NCBI GenBank assembly: GCA_048013815.1
Contig: CM106585.1
Location: 16,740,001-16,804,000 of the forward strand
Length of the DNA: 64,000 nt
Reading direction: 5' to 3'
From: Setoptus koraiensis
Taxonomy: Eukaryota; Animalia; Arthropoda
Below the pieces are notes generated by a model, which ran no database searches, was not told the DNA's origin, and was given only the letters and a program-made list of their open reading frames with translations. The position numbers were made by a program, and so were the translations under genes. This document shows, in pieces, positions 1 through 12,650 of this stretch (its first letter is position 1; the number at the start of each line of letters is the position of its first letter).

Positions 1-381
1 GCCAACGGCCGACAACCGGCCAACAATCAGCTGAATCAACTGGGGCCCGGCTCTGGCAACATCGCTGGCGAGCGTTCCACGGCGACCGCTGTCCACTCAC
101 GACTGTCAGCGCGCGTTGAGTGGGGGACACTCACAACTGTGGCCAGGCACAAATTTCGGCCGGCCAGAGCGGTCAAGTTGGCCGGCCAGCAATTACGTAA
201 GCCAATACGCGTGTGTGTGTGTGTGCAGCAGGTGAGCTCACCTTGGCGTCGGCTGCGGCCGGTTGTGTGTGTCGCCATCAATTATAGCGAGCGATTGCTT
301 GTTATTACATAATGGTGGTTTGATAGGCAAACACTACTACTATGTTTGGGTATTGCGTAACATTGCCCTCGTATTGCGACG

Positions 382-383
<2 letters not shown>

Positions 384-428
<45 letters not shown>
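384..428. repeat. (GT)n microsatellite, about 22 units
   Basis: Direct reading. Confidence 0.95.
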
Positions 429-432
<4 letters not shown>

Positions 433-2536
433 GGCACATATTGCCAACGAATGGAGCAGCGGCCACTCGGCACACCAGCGCCGACCTAATGCGAGCGTAT
501 CATTGGACCAACCACCGACTGACAACAACATACACACATGTATTAACGTAACATGTTTCGCAGTCACTCACCGGTCAGTTTACCTGTGCCGGCATCGGCT
601 GGCGGCGGCTGGCCAGCGCCGGGCCGGCGCCGGGCACCAACATTGTGCGCCGGCCCGGCCGCCAGCCGGTCAGCGGCGATTTGCGTGCAGCGCCGACATT
701 ACCATTTGCGGCGCTCGATTATGTAATAATCTCTCAATGCGCTAAATGCGCTCAATGCGCTCAATGCCGCCAATGTGCCCAACGAGTGTGTGCACACAAG
801 CGGCCATCTAAATCAACATCCTCGTGCGTGCAGCCAGTCGAGAGCTGGCTCACCTGTGCGCTGACGGCTCAAATGGGCTGCGTTTGTCAATGGGATTGCG
901 CAATCCAAACCGCGAGCGATCATTTCAATGGATTGAATCGCGCACTGAAATAATTAGATTGGCGCACGTCTCGCAATTACGCAACATTGTGGCCAGATCT
1001 CGATCGAGTGTTGCCACCGTTTGCTGTGCGCACAATGAGCGGACGGCACATTGAGCAGCCGGCCCCGAGTGTCACTCGGTGGCCGCAGCCGGACACCGGT
1101 AGCCGCGGACAGAGCCGGCGAGCCAGCGGGCCGGCGAGACACGACGTAAGTGGAGCGATCGTGACCAATCACAATTAGACGAGACGCCGGACAGTTGCGC
1201 AACAGCACGCACTCGCAATTGTGAGCGCCGTCTGCCGGTCAGTGCCGCCGCCGCCGCTTGCCGGTCAGTCGGCGGGCTCTGTCTGGCCAGCGTGAGTGGC
1301 GATTATGGCCGCATTATGGCCACCGTATGCGGCGACACAGACCCAAACAAGCCAAACAACAAGAGTGCGGCAACAAGTGCGGCAGCTGGCAAGGCGCCAA
1401 GACGAACAATGATGCAGATAATTAGCTAATGAATGGCGAATTATGTGCGAATCGCAATGGCAATCATCTCATTTCTGGCTCATCCTTTGTGGGTTGTGTG
1501 CGCTTGTTGTTGTTTGTGCAAAATTCTAATGATTCTAATGAAATTCTTGCCATTTCTCACTTCTCTGCTGGCTGCTGTTCAGCAGCGAGGTGACCTCGGC
1601 GGCGCTCACTTGTTATATAATGCGCGCTGGCATGCATGCATGTATGCATTATGTAACAGCGGCAGCTTGTTACATAATGCAAGCATGTTGTTATTTGTTA
1701 ATATTAGCACACAATGATTAGAGCACGGGACGCCGGCCGGGCGACGACGAGCAGCGAGACGACGCGAAGCGGCGCCGCGGCGAGACGAGACGACGGAAAG
1801 CGCCGCCGCAACGAGCAGCGAGCAAAGAAAGAAAAGGTGTAATCGGCGCTCGCTCAGGTGTCGGCGTTGCGATACTCGAGCTAGTCGTCGAGCTACTCGA
1901 CGAGTCGGGCCGGCGCGACTTGCCGATGCGATTAGCAAGTTAGCGAGCCAGTTTAATAAACTGCCAAGCAGCGATATGCGAAAATTCAAATTCGCCAGCC
2001 GAGATTTCGCTGCCAAATTCCGACGGCTCGTAAATAGCGCCGCTGTGGCAATGGGATAAAAAGTGCCAGCTCACATACGAGAATATCCGATATATCGGCT
2101 GCCAGTGGCAGCGTGGCTACGCCAACAATGAATCGGCGACGATCTGCGTGATTATGCGCCCAGGCACATTAATCACTATCGAGAGAGTGACTAATTTCAT
2201 GCCGGATTCCACCGAACGGGGGCAGGCAAACACTTTAAATGTGTAAAAGGTGCACAAGAACCCAACAAACTAGCAAGCCAGCCAGCCAACTGGCAGACTA
2301 GCAAACTAAATAACTAACAAACTAACAAACTGAAAAACTAAATAACTAAAAAGCCAAAAAGCCAAAAAGCTAAAAAACTAAACGCTGGCAAACAAACGGC
2401 TGACAGACGCACAAACAACGACGACAACAGGTAATTACTCCGCGCCCCACTCTCAGGTAATTGGGGGCCACTATTCACAGGCGGCTAATTATGCTCGCCG
2501 CATGCACTAACACACGTAACAGTGCGCAAGCATGTA

Positions 2537-2960
2537 TTCATGGATATCCACTATGAACTTGCGCCCTCCGTATCCACGCCGTGCCTGCCACGGATATCCG
2601 CACCACACCGGCCACGAATATCCACACACAGTGTGGATTCCACACAGCCTGTGTGACACGGCCGGCCGCGCTATTCATGGATATTCATGGATATTCATGG
2701 ATAGATCGCGCGAATGTGCGTTCACGGTGGATATCCATGAACACACATATTCACAGTGGATGGATGAGTGGCGCTATTCAGGCGCGCCATCCATTCATGA
2801 ATAGCGCGCCTGGCCGTGCGGACGGTGGCTCAGAACGGTGTGAGTCATAAGTGGGCTTCAGCATGGATGCGATTCACATGTGAGCGTGAATAGCTCACGG
2901 ATGCGATGGATGTAGCTCATGGATACGATGTAGTGAGCGTGAATAGCGCATGGATGCGAT
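2537..2960. repeat. Nest of inverted and direct short repeats built on ATGGAT and TATTCA words
   Basis: ttcatggatatccac (2537) with gtggatatccatgaa (2727); gcgctattcatg (2668) with catgaatagcgc (2796); (tattcatgga)x3. Confidence 0.8.
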
Positions 2961-3844
2961 GCAGCGAGCGCGGGTCGGTGCGTGAATAGCTCACGGATAA
3001 TGCGTGAATCGGGCCGCATCAGGGCAGGCTTCGCGAAGCGGAGAGAATTAGCAATTTGCGCTGACAACATCTCGGCAGCATGCTCAGGTTAGTGGCGGCG
3101 GCGGCTCAATTATGGCGAGCCACTTGTTGTTTCGCTGCCTTAATGAGCCTCTGCGGCAATGTATCCGGCGGCGGGCGGCGGGCACCGGGTTGCGCAATGG
3201 GCAACTCGGCTCTGGCGTGTTTGTTTGTGAGCATGTCGCTGGATGTTGCAACAAACAAAACTTGTTGCCGGCAGTTGCTCGCAGTTCTCGGGCTTGCAAA
3301 GGCTCGCCCGACGGCAGCCTGAGAACTGCGAGCCGCCAATTGGAGGCTGCAGCCGACAGTCGGATAATTAGCGCGCACTCGATTCATGAACTCGCTAATG
3401 ATGTCGCATGCGCTGGCCCGTCGCCCACAAGTGCCGCCGACCAGCGGAGACACCCCAATTGTTGAGTTCGATTGTTCGGATGTCGCCGCAATGAGTCACT
3501 CGCGAGCCGTTCTTACGAAGCGAAAGCACGCGATAATCGCCGGCGAGCAAGTGGGCGCGACTCGCCCGCTTGCCCGCCGATCCTCCGGCCCGCGCACAAC
3601 GTATCACCGTGGCACAGGTGCACGCTACTGTCGTCCGCCCGGCGCTGCACCGAGCTGCCCGACGCTGCACCTTGGTGCGCCGTGGTGCTCGCTGGTGCGC
3701 CGGCGAGCGCCGAGGTGCGTTGAACCCGCAAAGTGCACACAAGTGGCGGCCGGGTTGCGCAATAATGCCACTGCCAGTGTGCACCACGGTGCACACTGGC
3801 AGTGATTTAATGATGATGTCAATCACACATCGTTTACCGCGCCA

Positions 3845-4085
3845 CAACAGCAGCACCACAACAACAGCACCACAACAACTGCACCACAACAACTGCATCG
3901 ACAACAGCAGCACCACAACAACTGCACCACAACAACTGCATCGACAACAGCAGCACCACAACAGCAGCACCACAACAACTGCACCACAACAACAGCACCA
4001 CAACAACTGCATCGACAACAGCAGCACCGACAACAACAACAACAGCGACAACAACAGCACAACAACGGCAGCACGACAGCAACAA
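3845..4085. repeat. CAA/CAG-rich minisatellite (acaacagcagcaccacaacaactgcaccacaacaactgcatcg-type units)
   Basis: Direct reading; explains the pseudo-ORFs in several frames. Confidence 0.9.
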
Positions 4086-5439
4086 CGAGGCAAACAACGC
4101 GCACTTGCGACTCGCGCTCGCCCTGTTTGCCGACAGTCGGACGGCGGTCGGCCGAGAGCGGCGGGCCGGAGAATGCGGCCGACGGCGCAATCATTAATCC
4201 GCGTGCGAACCGCGCGCCACCATTTATGAATCTATTATTTTATATCATTGCCGGGCAACCATCGCACAGGTTGCGTGCCTCATGGCCCATGAGTCATTGG
4301 CGATCGGCCATTGGCGAGCGTTGCGCCAATCATGACTCATGGCCGCTGGCCAGTGCCCGACGGTGCGGCCGCACCGGCAACAGGTATCGAAAGCAGCCTG
4401 GCACAGTTGCCGTTCGGCGGGCCCTGGCACAGATCGGGCCGGGCGGGCACAGGTGAAGCGGCGAGCGGTTGGCAGTGTTTGCGAACGGACTTTGTTAGAT
4501 CGCCCTCGAATGGAATTGCGCGAATGAGTGGCCACCGGACTGTGCCTCGGTTTGTGTGCGCGCAGCAAACACTGACGAGCCAGCCTCGGAGGTGCCAACA
4601 TTCCTGGCATAACATTGTTGTTTGCCGGCCATTGTTGTGCCTGTTGCCGCTCGGTTGTTGCCGCTCGGTTGTTGGTGGTTGCTGGTTGTTGCTTGCCGGT
4701 GGTTGCTGGTTGATTGTTGCGCCACCAGGGTCTTGTTAGCGTGATCGGGCTCGACAGCGTCGGGCTGCAGTGTCGCGTTTCGTCACACGCACTCCAAAAG
4801 TGTCTGTCAATGGGACAGAGCGGCCCATTGACAGTTGGGCGCGGGCAGTTGCAATTTGACAGTTGACAGCGAGTCGTTTGCGCGACTCGTCGACCGGGCC
4901 GGACAATGGGCAACAATGCACGCAACAGCCACGCACGGTACGCGGCGCACGGGCGAGACTGGTGGCCGGGGCAGCGACCGAGGCGAGCCGATTCTAGAGC
5001 CGAGCAAAAGGGCGACAACAGCAGCAGCAACTGCAACAACAACGACAGCCACAACAGCGACAATAACAACAGGCGAAACGGCAGCAACAGCGACAATGTC
5101 AGCCGCAACGACAACACCGACAACACCGACAACACCGACAACAAGTGCTCATGCGAGCCAACAGTCGGCAGATTCGGCCGGCTGGTGCTCGCCGATGCGC
5201 CGACCGACGGAGCCGCGACGGAGCGGCGACCGGGCTGCGACAATGGAGGGACCTGTGGAGTGAGGCAGCAGCTCCCGCTGTTGCGGACAAACAAAAGCTG
5301 CCCATCGAGTCGCGAACTGTCGCTGCAAGCAAACGAGCGAGAGTCCCGCCACGGCGAGAGTCCCGGCGAGCCGCTCGCCTTTCTCGGGCTTCGCTGGCTT
5401 CTCGCTAGCCTCTCGCTGGCTTCCCCGCGCTGGCTTCTC

Positions 5440-5524
5440 GAACGCCGGACGAACGCCGAACGAACGCCGACGAACGAACGAACGCCGACGAACGAGCGAA
5501 CGCCGACGAACGAGCGAACGAGCG
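5440..5524. repeat. 18-bp tandem repeat (cgaacgccgacgaacgag), about 4 copies
   Basis: Direct reading. Confidence 0.9.
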
Positions 5525-8500
5525 ACTCGGCTTCTCGCAACTTGCACTGCACAGCGCCGACTCTCACTCTCGGCGCAACTCGCCAGCCACACGCTGCAAC
5601 ATGCACTCGACTGGCCGCACAGGTGAGTGCCAGACTGGCAGACCTGGCCACAGGTGAGCCGCGGCATTGGCCAGCGCTCTGCCGCACTCACCTGTACGGA
5701 GAGAGTGGCTGCTCGGGCGAATTCTTTGTTGGCTGACACGGCACGCCAGTTAGAGACGCCAGTTCGAAGGTTGCCCTTCGCAGCAACACACACACACAGA
5801 GAATTCTCGGTCAGTCGCTGGCGTCGCTCGCAAACAGCAGCGGCAGTCATCGGCAGCGTTGCCTAGTCATGCCGGCGAAATCATTAAACAGCCAACAGAG
5901 AACGAGCCAAAAGAAGCCAGAGAATGCGAACACACGGCCAAGAAAAAGTTATTAATCTTTTTCGGCACCTGACATGACGTAACGTCGCTCTCTCTCTCTC
6001 TCGCTCTCTGTCCACCCACTATGGCGGCCAGTTGCGCCATGTTATATGGCAACCTTTGCGATAATAATGCGCTCCGTTCGCCTGATATGCTCCGCTCCGG
6101 CTCACTGTGCCGCGCGCCCGTATTCGTTCCAGCTCACCGTGGCTCTGTGCCGCAACTGTGCGCAACAACTGTGGCGCTTTTGAGCCACTTGACCCGCCGC
6201 AATTCATTATGAGAGCCGAGATTGGTGCGCCGTCCAGGCGCTCGGGCGGCTCGCCACGGCCCGCCGAAACAGCCAGCGAGAACAGCGCGCCGGAACAGCC
6301 AGCGGGAACAGCGCGCCGGAACAGCGCGACGGAACGACGCGCCGGAACAGACGGCCACGAGTGGCTCATCAAACTGACAATCAAACCGACTGTGCATTTC
6401 GGACTTTGGAGCGCAAAGTTGGACGAACGCGCACGAGCTTGCCGGCCGGCTCGGCCGCTGGCGCGATCCGCGCCTCCGGACCGTGCGGCGACCGGCCGCC
6501 GAGATGCGCCATGAGAGACCCGAGCGGGCATTCGCACCTGTCGCGCGCCGTGCCACGGCCAGCGGTGGCCGCGTTCGCCGGACAAGCTAAGCGAGCCGAA
6601 CAAGCTAAGCGAGACTCGCGCGGCCGTCGCAACAGCGGCACCGGCAGCGGCGGCAGACGACGCCAATTGAGTGCGAACGGCGCAACAACAACGACAGGCA
6701 ATCATGTGGAAAGTTGTTGGCCAACGAACAACAGGTAATGAGCTTAATTAAATGGATTCGCCGCCCCCGCGCTCGCTCAGTGCAGCGGGCCGCGCCGGCC
6801 GAGCGAAAGGTCGAAAGTTGGCCGCTCGGTCGAGTATCGGCGGCGGCGGCGGCGGCCCTCGGGTAGCCGCCGCCGACGGTCGTGTATTGCTGGCCGAATT
6901 GTTGCCCCCTTATCGGTGGAAGCGGCCAGCGGTCGGCCGGTGCAAGCGCCGGCACCGACCGACACGATGCGATTTGCGCCGGCACCGAGAGCGTTCGTGC
7001 CGGCGCAAACAACAAGCGCAAACAAGTGCCGGGCCGCCGCAAATTGCGCCACTTGTACGCCGGGCCGGGCCGCATTGTGTGCAGTTGCGCGCCGGCTTGC
7101 CGCGATCGATCAATCAATCAATCACCGCTTGCATCACGATTCCTTTTCGCCCTTGCCCATTATTCGGCTGGCTCGGCTCGTTCGCCGGCTTCGGCGACCA
7201 GCAAAAGCCGCGCAGCAACGAGTGTGCCGATCATGCGAGAGTTGTGCGCCCGCGCTCAAGCCGGCGTGTCTCGATATTTGTTATATAATAAGAATTTGCT
7301 AAATTTGTTGCGCAACACGACCAGCTAACACTAACCGACTAACAGAGCTGCCGCTGTCAGGCAGCCGACGGCTGCCATTTGCTAAATGTTGTAGCCGCCG
7401 GGCCGGCTCACCTGAGCCGGCTGACGGCGGCAGGCCGGTGAACGGGCCGGCCAGCCGCCAAGTCGCCGAGTCGGTTGTAACTTACAAGTTGTAAGTCAAG
7501 AGTCATGCCCTTCAATGGCGACTGCTGGCGCCCCGAGCTGCCGGCGCGAGACAAACGAATGTGCGCCACGATCGGCGCAACGCGACGCTGCCATAATGCG
7601 ACTCCGACAAAATGCCAATCCGATAAAATGCCAAATGCGAGAAAATGTGAATCTGCGATAATGCGATTCTGAGAAAATGTGAATGCGAGAATTCAAGGGA
7701 ACTCGCCGAGAGAAATTGATTCATCGAAAACAATCGCGCCGCTCAATTTTGACAGTGCGACATGACGGATCGTTGGCGGGTCGACACTTGAGCGGCCCGA
7801 GAGGCGCCCTTCGCGCGCCCGCACACACCAGCAACAACAGCGACAACAGCGACAACAGCAACACCAGCGACGACAGCGACAACAGCGACGACGGCGACAA
7901 CAGCAACAGCAGCAACGAGACAAGTGGGCATCACAGGAAGGTTGCGTCATCAGACTGGCTGCGCCGAAAACATTGTTTGCGCACTGGGCCGATCGCTTGT
8001 GCTGCACGGGAGAGGCGAGCAAAGCGGAAGTGGAGTGCGCGACGCCACGCATAATAATATTTATAATATGCGCGCTGTGCCCACGCAACATCCTTCGGAA
8101 TATCCGCGCAATATCCGCGCAATATCCCCGCGCGCACGGAGCCCCGCACGCTAATGGGTTCGTCTTGGCAAGTTGCCGCTGTTTGTGGTTGAGTGTGGTT
8201 GTGTGTGGTTGTGTGTGGTTGCGTGTGGTTGTGTGTGGTTGTTTGCGGCTGTTTGTGGTTGTTTGCGGCTGTTTGTGGTTGTTGGTGGTTGTTTGTGGTG
8301 GTGTCGCTGTCGCGCACTGTCAATATTGAGCCCGTCTCGAGATTGGCTGGCTGACAGTTAATAGCTAATAGCGACGTATCGGTATAAACAAGCAATTAAC
8401 GAGCGTCAGACTTTTGATTGGCGCCGTTGCGCAATCGACTCCATCTGACAACTGCCAGCCGAGCCCAACGAAACGCCGATTGTGCCTTATGCGCTTGCGA

Positions 8501-10480
8501 GTGCCGGCTGGCTTGCCAAATGTTGCCGTGCTGTTGTTGCGCCCACAAGTAACGCAACGCGCTTGTAGCGGTTTGTTTGTTTGTTTGCGGTTGGCTGTGT
8601 GTGTGTGTGTGTGTGTGTATCATAGAAATCAACTGCTTGCTTTCCTGTTGTCACATCCCGGGCAATCATTATTATTACGTAATTACGATTTGCTCTTTTG
8701 CCCCGAAATCAAGCAACTAGTGCGTGGGCGTTCGCCGCTGCCAACCGCAGCCCTCTGACACAGCAGCCTCTGTTGCCAGCAACAGCAACCGCACGACAGC
8801 CTTGCCACGAGGCCCATTCATTATCTGGGGTGCTGGTCGTTTTGGGTGCTGGTCGTTTTGGGTGTTTGTCGTTCTGGGGGGCTCGTTGCTTTGGGGCTCG
8901 ATGGGTCCACCTGTCGGCGGGGCGACGACACTAATTGTGTTGAGTTATGTGCGTACATGTGCCCAGTGAGAGAGAGAGAGAGACGCCAATTTGTGCATGT
9001 GATACAAACATCGGCTCCACTCCAATGGTGTCACCAGCGATCATGACGAGCTCGAGATGGCAAGTTTGTTGCTGCTTTGTTTCGGCGCTGGCTGGCTGTT
9101 GTTGTTGTTGCGCTTGTTGCCAAATTCAATTCAAATTTGGCGTGAGCGATCAGCAACAGCAACGGCAACAACAACAGCAACGGCAACAACAACAGCAACA
9201 ACAACAGCAACAATATGATCACAATGGGCTCACAACAAGTAAACTGACACTTGCACAACTGCAACTTTAGGTGCGCTATGCTCTTCATTTAACAATTACT
9301 GCAATATGGTATATTCATCATTATTCAGCAACAGCAACAGCTACAACAACAACAACATCAACAACAACGGCAACAACAACGGCAACAACGGCAACAAAGG
9401 GCTGCCAGTAATGATAAAAGCAACGAGCTTGGCGCTGATTGGTGCCGAGCCTGCAATCTAATCATGATAATCAACGGCTCGACTCGCTGTCACTTGTTAG
9501 CTGATGCAGCCAGCTGATTGCAACCAGGCGACGCCGTCAATTGAACGCGTTAGCCAGTGTGTTAGTTGTGTCATGTCAATCATCGCAAATGACAGCGCAA
9601 CTCAGTTACAAACAACAATGGGTCGCTCACAACAACAGCAACAACAACAGCGCCGACGACAACAACAACAACAACGCCAACGACAACAGCAACAACGACA
9701 GCAGCAACAGCAACAAATCTGCTAAATTGATCTAACCGGTACCCGCGGCGCGCGGCCTACCTCGGCCGCCCACGCAATTGGTGCACGGTCGGTAGCGGGT
9801 CGGGCCAGTGTGACGGGCGCGGACTGCCCGTCAGAGAGTGCCCGTCAGAGGTACGCGTAATTGATATGTAACTCGCATTGTGCGAGTTTCACAATGCTGC
9901 CGGTCAGACAGCGAGGCGAGGCGACGATCGCCAATTATCACCATCAACGGTCATCGGCGGTTGGTCGCCGTTGCCAGTGTCGGTCGCCGCTGTCGGTCGC
10001 CGCTGTCGGTCACCGCTGTCGGTCGGCGTTGCCGGTGTGGCGGCGCCGCTGGCGCCGGCATCGAGTCGCGCGGGCATCGTGTGACGCGACACTCGATTGA
10101 CATTGACAGCGCTCGATTTGAATGATCTGATTTAATTAATGGACATTAGCTGGCATTAACTGCTCGATGCGCGCGCCTCGAAGCGGCCAAATGTCATTGA
10201 TAATGTGACATTATGTAACGAGACACCGACAACAGGTGGAAAGTGACTTGTGTGTGGCCAATATGACACGGCGATATCACAAATGGTGAGTGCGTTTATG
10301 CCAGTCGATCGACGGCGTGTAATGCGCCTCGCGGTTGTTGTGCGCCGTGTGAAATGTCTAAATAATCTAATAATCTCAGGCTGCCGAGGTATTTGTGTGT
10401 GTCCCCAATGTTAATCTCGCCTGTGTCATCTCGTTCTGTTCGCTTCTCCGGCGTCGCGCGGCGTTGCGCAACGACGACAA

Positions 10481-10578
10481 TTCTCGCTTCTCGATTCGCG
10501 GCTCTCGATTCTCGATTCGCGGCTCTCGCTTCTCGATTCGCGGCTCTCGGCTCGCGGTTCTCGGCTCTCGCTTCTCGA
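10481..10578. repeat. About 21-bp tandem repeat (ttctcgattcgcggctctcg-type), about 4 copies
   Basis: Direct reading. Confidence 0.9.
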
Positions 10579-12580
10579 GCGCAGCCAGTTGGCAGTTCGC
10601 TGGCCAGCCAACGACGGCCGCTGTCGGGCAGCGAGACCGGGACGCCGTATCGGCCGAACATGCGAATGTTGCGAGATGAGATATGTCGCCAGTGGCGAGC
10701 GAGATAATGGCGCCGATAATAGGCGACAGCGTCAGCAAAACGAGCCCTGCCGATATGAACAAGCGCGCACAATCTGCGCCGCTATTACATAATCTGCTCG
10801 AATCATCTTAATATTGTCAGCTAATGCACACACATATATGTTATATAACATGTTGTATAATATAATATATTATGCGTCTCTCATAATGCGTTTGTCATAC
10901 ACTGCTGGCCGCGTTACAACTGTGCGCCGAGTGTGTCGCAAATAGAGGATATAGGATGTGACTTATTACATCATGGGCTCTCATGCACAGCGACCAATTA
11001 GAGCGCCGCCGCTTGCTCCACTGCAGTGTGTCGTTGCACAACATGTTTTTGGCAAATGTTGCCCCTCAGACGCCGGCTAATGGCGACGAGGCTCACCGAC
11101 AAGTGCATCGCTCGCCCGCGGCCCGCCGGGCCGCGCAACAGCTCGGGCCGGCGCGCCGGCCCGACGCGAGATGGCATTATCTTGGCTTATGGCGACATCT
11201 CCGGGACGGTGCTTGCGCCAGCGGCCCGCGCGGCCAGTTCGCCGCCAACAGTTGCGCTGGCCGCAGTCGGCCCGGGCGGCCACAGTCGGCCCGTCGGCCC
11301 GGTCGGATCGCCCGGATCGCCCTGATGCCGGCGACGGGCGCCGCTGGCCCCTGTGCAGTGCGTGTGTCAGTGTGTGTCGGTGTGTGCGGCGGTGTGTGCG
11401 GCGGCACTCGGGCTCCGCGATTCGCAGAGCCCGCACAGATGTGGCGAGTCGGGCCGATTAGGCCGCGGTCCGCCAGTCGCGCTCATCGCTCATCAGCGAG
11501 CTGCCGCGGAGCTGTAAACTGTGCAAAATTTGCAAAATTTGCATTTGTTAGATGCGAGCGGCTCGCGGTTGTAGCCGCCGGTCCGCGTGTCGCCACTGTG
11601 GCCTCGATCGGGCCAACGCTCGGCCCGTCGAGCGGCGCTCGAGCGCCAACTCGAATGTCCGTGCAGCTCGCTTTATCTCATCGCTGGCCGCTGACCGGCC
11701 GTGCAAGCCCGCGAGCTGCGCCAATCTGTCGGCGAGTCGTCGACGGGCCGTCGGCGGGCGTCCGGCTCGCCGGCCACCCAAACGCCGCCGAGTGCGCGCA
11801 AGTGCCGAGCCACAACAGTTGAAATTTCGGCCAAAAAATAATCAATCACCGAGATATAAATCAAGCTGATCGCACTGTCGTCTGGCCGTTGCGCAGCGGT
11901 CTGATACGGGCCCGAGCGGCTCAGATTTGCGACATATCCGAGCCATCGGACTGGCCCGGCGTGCACTCGAGCACCAACGACGCGCAATTCATGGTGCAGT
12001 CGCAGTCGGAGCGCCCTCGCTGCGCCGCGACTGCAACTACGCCGCAACCGCACCACGGCCGCACCGCGGCCGCATCACAGCCGCACCGCGGCCGCATCAC
12101 AACTACAACCAGTGATCCATTCATGGATTGTGGCCGAAACATCTGGTGTGCATGTCGCGGGCGATAATGCCCAATGATTATGTAACAACAGCGGTTGTTG
12201 TTGTCGTGCGCTCGAGGCCCGACGGCCACAAGAGGGGCCCATCGATCAGGCGCGCCGATTCGGCTCGTCAGGGCGCCGACGACGTTCGAGGGCGGACTCT
12301 TGATATTTGCCAGATATTTGCCATGCTCGCGTCGTTGGCCCGCCTGACCCGGCTGGCCCGCATCATGGCGGGCCCGTTCAGCCCGTTGGGCCGTCTGAGC
12401 CGGGCCCGCACAGAGTTGTGGAGCCCGGCCGCTGCGGAGCGGCCGGTCGAAACGGAGCGGTGCCAATGATGATGTCATGGCACGACACCGGGCACGCACA
12501 CAAGTCGTTAGCGGCCGACAATAATTAACGGGCCTCAATTATTTCCACAAACGACCGCGGCTCGTGCCGCCTCGCATCCA

Positions 12581-12650
12581 ACATTGCCGCATATTGCCGC
12601 ATATTGCCAAATATCGCCCAATATCGCCAAATATCGCCAAATATTGGGCA
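12581..12650. repeat. 10-bp tandem repeat (atattgccgc/atatcgccaa) x7
   Basis: Direct reading. Confidence 0.9.
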
